Positions 60,062-64,000 of a stretch of 64,000 nt of DNA are shown here, in pieces. The number at the start of each line of letters is the position of its first letter. The stretch's first letter is position 1. The notes under the pieces were generated by a model, which saw only the letters and a list, made by a program, of their open reading frames with translations, was not told the origin of the DNA and searched no databases. The position numbers and the translations under genes were made by a program. The DNA comes from Okamejei kenojei (lineage: Eukaryota). The stretch lies in assembly GCA_035221665.1 (NCBI GenBank), contig CM069164.1, positions 19,220,001-19,284,000 of the forward strand, read 5' to 3'.

Positions 60062-61620
60062 TCATTTACCTGTGATAGGGGAAAAGACAGGTGAGTGAAT
60101 AACCAAAGTGGTGGTGAATCTGGGTGGATGGACACTGGTGAACAACTGTATATATTGTGATGTAGTTGAGGGTTAAAGTGGAGTCTGGTTCATCTTAATT
60201 GGTGGAGGGGAGGGGGTGTTTTATGCCTGGAAACCACAGCACAAAGGGATCTGATTCACACTCTGGACTACAAAAGGTTCTGATTACTTGCGGTACATTT
60301 CTTGAACTATCGAAGATGATAATTCGTTCCAGACAGCAATCAGGAGGAAATTAGTTGCCATATTACAGTAAACCATCATAATAACGGAAGAGTGGATTTT
60401 GGTTATAGTGGATCAAGGCTCCAGTAGGACCCCCCTCCCCTCCACCCCTACTTCCCCACTTCTGCCAAGTATCCAACAACCTGGCACCAGGTGACGTTCT
60501 ACTGGTTGCGGGAGTGGACCTAACCCTCCCCCAACACCACGTTTCTCCCCTCCCTTTACCCCCCTCATTCGGATACAGTGGACAATCAGCAATAACGGAC
60601 ACCATCCTCTTCCCCTACTCAGTGGTCCGTAATTAAGAGGGTTTACTCTAATAATAAAATTAACTATTCCCCTAAATATTACAAAGTAAAGGGTGAAATT
60701 CAACACAATGAAAAGCAATTCGGCGGTGTGTAATATTAAAGCAAGAAAACATAGCATCAACTTGCAGACAACCAATTTGATTTGAACTAAATTTGGGAGT
60801 CAAGAGTTATTTTAAATGCAGTTAAATTATAATTAAATTTAAAAATGTGTTTGAATAATTAGCCCAGCGGTTAGAGATCCTTGGAACAATTATGGCTGTC
60901 CACATTGTGCTTGCTTTCCAATTGGTCTGAATGTTTAAGACCAACCCCAACGTTAGAGTTCACAAAGACTTTTAGCATCCGATGTGAGCGACTCAAGGCT
61001 GTTGAAAGTGGAAACAAACATGTCTATTCTTTGAATCTTGAATAAAGTTTGAATGCAGTTCGATACGTTTCATTTGTCTTATCTGCTGATTGCAGATTCG
61101 TGAAATTCCATTTGAGCAGTTGCAGTGTACTTGATCACTTTGTACAAAGCCGGAAGGTCACAAGCCAATTCCAGCGAGACAATTCTGGCAAACTCTCAAA
61201 GTGCTTACACTGACTGCAAAAAGCCCTTTCCTGCAACCAGAACCATGCATAAAGGCCATTGTCATTAAGCTTCAAATGTGAAGTACAACAAAAGCGGAAG
61301 GGACCCGGGAACACTGGTGAGGGCACATTGAGAGAACTCTGTTTCTACATTTATAATTCCAGGCAAGCTTTGTAAAAAGAAATTCCATTCCACACACAAG
61401 TACAATTTTCTATCAACCTCAGGATAAATACAACTGTTCATGTGTACCAGATGTTAATCCCTTCTAAAGTCAACTTCCTGTCCTTTCACTTCCAATATTT
61501 TAATCCATAGTGATGAATTTTGAATGTTTTACAAGCTGTTTCATATTATCCCTAATACTAAACAACTGTTTCTTTTAGATTTTCACCCCATCATTCCCAT
61601 TGACCAATAGTCAAGGTCGA

Positions 61621-61832
61621 AGGTGGACAAAAAAGCTGGAGAAACTCAGTGGGTGAGGCAGCATCTATGGAGCAAAGGAATAGGCGACGTTTCGGGTCGA
61701 GACCCTTCTTCAGACGTCCCGCCCCGAAACGTCGCCTATTCCTTCACTCAATAGATGCTGCCTGACCCGCTGAGTTTCTCCAGCTTATTTGTCTACCTTC
61801 GATTTTTCCAGCATCTGCAGTTCTTTCTTAAA
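61621..61832. mobile_element. PLE fold-back insertion; intact hammerhead-like core on the - strand at 61686-61713; 16-bp TSD
   Basis: caatagtcaa(g/t)gtcga at 61605-61620 and 61833-61848; ~75-bp inverted arms. Confidence 0.85.
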
Positions 61833-61944
61833 CAATAGTCAATGTCGAGTGTTTCTTCTTCACTTGCTTCATTGGTCTGATGGTAATAAGAACATTTTAT
61901 CGTGGAATATATACAGGGTGTTCCTTTAGTCAAAGAATCTCAGT

Positions 61945-63030
61945 CAACAGGTCCATAGCCTGAGGTAATTGCTGAAGTAATTCACGTGCTCGTCTGTATG
62001 TCTACGTATAAATGCTGACAGCTGCCCAGCTTCAACCACTCTTGCAGGCTGAATGTTCCAGAAACCTCCCACTCTCTGGGTGAAGAAGGTCTCCTTTATG
62101 TCCCCTTGTATCTCTTTCCCACTGCACCCTAAATCTGGTCTCATCTATTGATGATATGGGGATAACTTTCCTAAGGTCTATCTAGCTATGGCCCATAATT
62201 TTATATACTTCAATTTATGCCTCATCACTCCAGGGAGAAAACATCTAGCTTCTTCAGGCTCTCCTTGTAACTGAACTGTTTCATCCCAGGTAACATTCTG
62301 GTGAATCTGTTCTGCATCCTTTCTAGCACCATCAATGCTTCCTGCACCCTGGTGACCAGATCGGCACAGCTGAGATCTGACCATGGTTTTATAAACATAG
62401 AGCATTACCTTGTATTCAGTGCCCTGACTAATGTAAACCTGTATCCCATATGCCTGATTAATGAAAGCCCATATCACACATGCCTTACTAACCACAGTAA
62501 CCACCAGTAACAGCCACCTTCAAAGGTCCAAGGTCCCTCTGTTCATCAACATTCCCTATAACCCTGCCGTTCATGGTGTATGTCCCAGCCTCATTAGAGC
62601 TCCCAATATACATTGCATCACATTTGTCTGGATTAAACTCCATCTCCCATGTTTCAGCCCATTTATGCAGTGCATTGATATAGACCACCTGGTACAGACT
62701 ACCCGCTGTGCTATCAATAACTCCACCAGTCATTGAGTCATCTGCAAAAAGCAAACTGACTGAATGTCCGGGGCTTTCTTACTGATCACACCATCCACAT
62801 CCACGTCATTCATGTATATTAACAGCCGGGGTCCCAGCACTGATATTTGTGGGACACATCATCATCATCGTAGACATTCATTTGCAAAAGCACCAGTCTA
62901 CCATCTACTAACTCTTATTGTTAAGCCAATTTTTAATTCAGTTTGGTAACTTGCTCAGGATCACATGGCCCCTAACCTTTCAACCAGTCTCCGATGTGGG
63001 ACTTTGTTGGAGGCTTTAATAAAGACCATG
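61945..63030 (-). mobile_element. Older CR1 ORF2 RT-to-3' segment
   Basis: FADDS..GG...WAETWEMEFNPDKC..M...QRDLG; FFTQRVGGFWN. Confidence 0.85.
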
Positions 63031-63044
63031 TAAATCAGGGTCAA

Positions 63045-63260
63045 GGAAGCTGGTTAATAACCAGATGCTGGTTAATAAACAAAAGGACACAAAATGCTGG
63101 AGAAACCCAGCAGGTCAGGCAACACCTCTGGAGAACATGGATAGGTGACATTTTGGGTTGAGACCCTTCTTCACGCTGAAAAAATGTCTCGACCCAAAGC
63201 GTCACCTATACCTGTTCTCCCGAGATGCTGCCTGACCAGCTGAGTCACTCCTGCACTTTG
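63045..63260. mobile_element. PLE fold-back insertion (subfamily as at 18580)
   Basis: Arms ggtgacattttgggttgagacccttcttca / ctgaa...tctcgacccaaagcgtcacc. Confidence 0.75.
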
Positions 63261-64000
63261 AGAGCTTGCATGTAAATTGCACCTACTGCACTGCCTTCTC
63301 CAATACTCTTCAAAAAATTCACTCCATTGGTCAGACGTGTTCTTCACTGGTCAAAGCCATCTGATTAGTCCCTGTCTTTCCGAAGCGATCATTAATCCTG
63401 TCTCTCAGAATTTATCCAGCATCTTCCCTACCACTGATGTTTGGCACACAGGTCAATAGTTATCAGTTATTATTTCCCAAAGAAAATCCCCTGTGCTTGC
63501 TTACGTGGCTTTGGTCTGCAGCTTTGCTGTCTGAAGCAGTGTATGATTGCACTTCAGATAGAATTGAAATTCACATCACAACAACGAGTGAAGTGGTGGA
63601 GATCAATAAGGGAGAGTTATGTCAAACTGAATCTCTTGCTAAAACATAACTGAATAGAAAGCGATAAGAGACAAAAGTGCTGAATAATGAAAGTAGCACG
63701 CTTCATTAGAATGGGGTAAACAATGAGATGAAATATTAGAATTTTGACAAGTCTTGTCCAACCCCACAATGGATTATTTTAGTGACCTTGGTTAAGCTCG
63801 AATGCTGTATAAAATAGTGTCATGTTTATTTTTCTTGGCACACCTGAAAGAGCAGTTAAAGCCTTGTTCAGTTGTTTACTACATTTGGCTTTACATTAAA
63901 TGTTTTTGTGCCCTGTAGTATATTGTTTACTGTGTGTGTGTCAACTAAATTGAATCTAATAAAATTTGCTAACTTGAAGGAAATAATTATGAAAATATAT

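Noticed and set aside
671-63260. Recurring ~130-nt unit as a CRISPR array or as a gene family (ORFs with CWSNSAG / GKNCRCWFK)
   Set aside because: Copies are dispersed, on both strands, variably truncated, flanked by TSDs and linked to GIY-YIG remnants. They are PLE ends; the peptides are chance translations of non-coding sequence.
50646-64000. Next cingulin-family exon (..QLR.EL.QER..RQDLECDKISLERQ)
   Set aside because: Not found by eye; it is presumed to lie beyond the window. No upstream exon was recognised in 1-7457 either.

Overview
Eukaryotic, intron-rich vertebrate DNA. It is very probably elasmobranch (skate/ray/shark), inferred from HE1-type V-SINEs and their CR1/HER1-type LINE partners. 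The window lies entirely inside one + strand gene of the cingulin family, most like CGNL1 (paracingulin). Seven coiled-coil exons (213, 207, 105, 153, 171, 162 and 90 nt) are joined by phase-0 GT-AG introns; the start and stop codons lie outside the window. The introns are packed with retroelement debris: V-SINEs, CR1, Rex1/Babar, L2 and RTE LINE fragments, two MITE-like elements and about 25-30 pieces of a Penelope-like element (PLE). The PLE 3' end carries a minimal hammerhead-ribozyme-like motif (CTGAAGA-A-stem II-GAAA-CG-TC/TT) with a palindromic ACGT helix III. Three intact copies lie in sense orientation within one intron. PLE insertions show 8-16 bp target-site duplications (TSDs), fold-back palindromes centred at the ribozyme edge, one twin-priming-type inversion, and one chimera that appears to have captured 192 bp of a neighbouring Rex1 copy. 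There are two assembly gaps. Repeat boundaries were set by eye and are approximate; comparisons with human proteins are from memory, not from a search.
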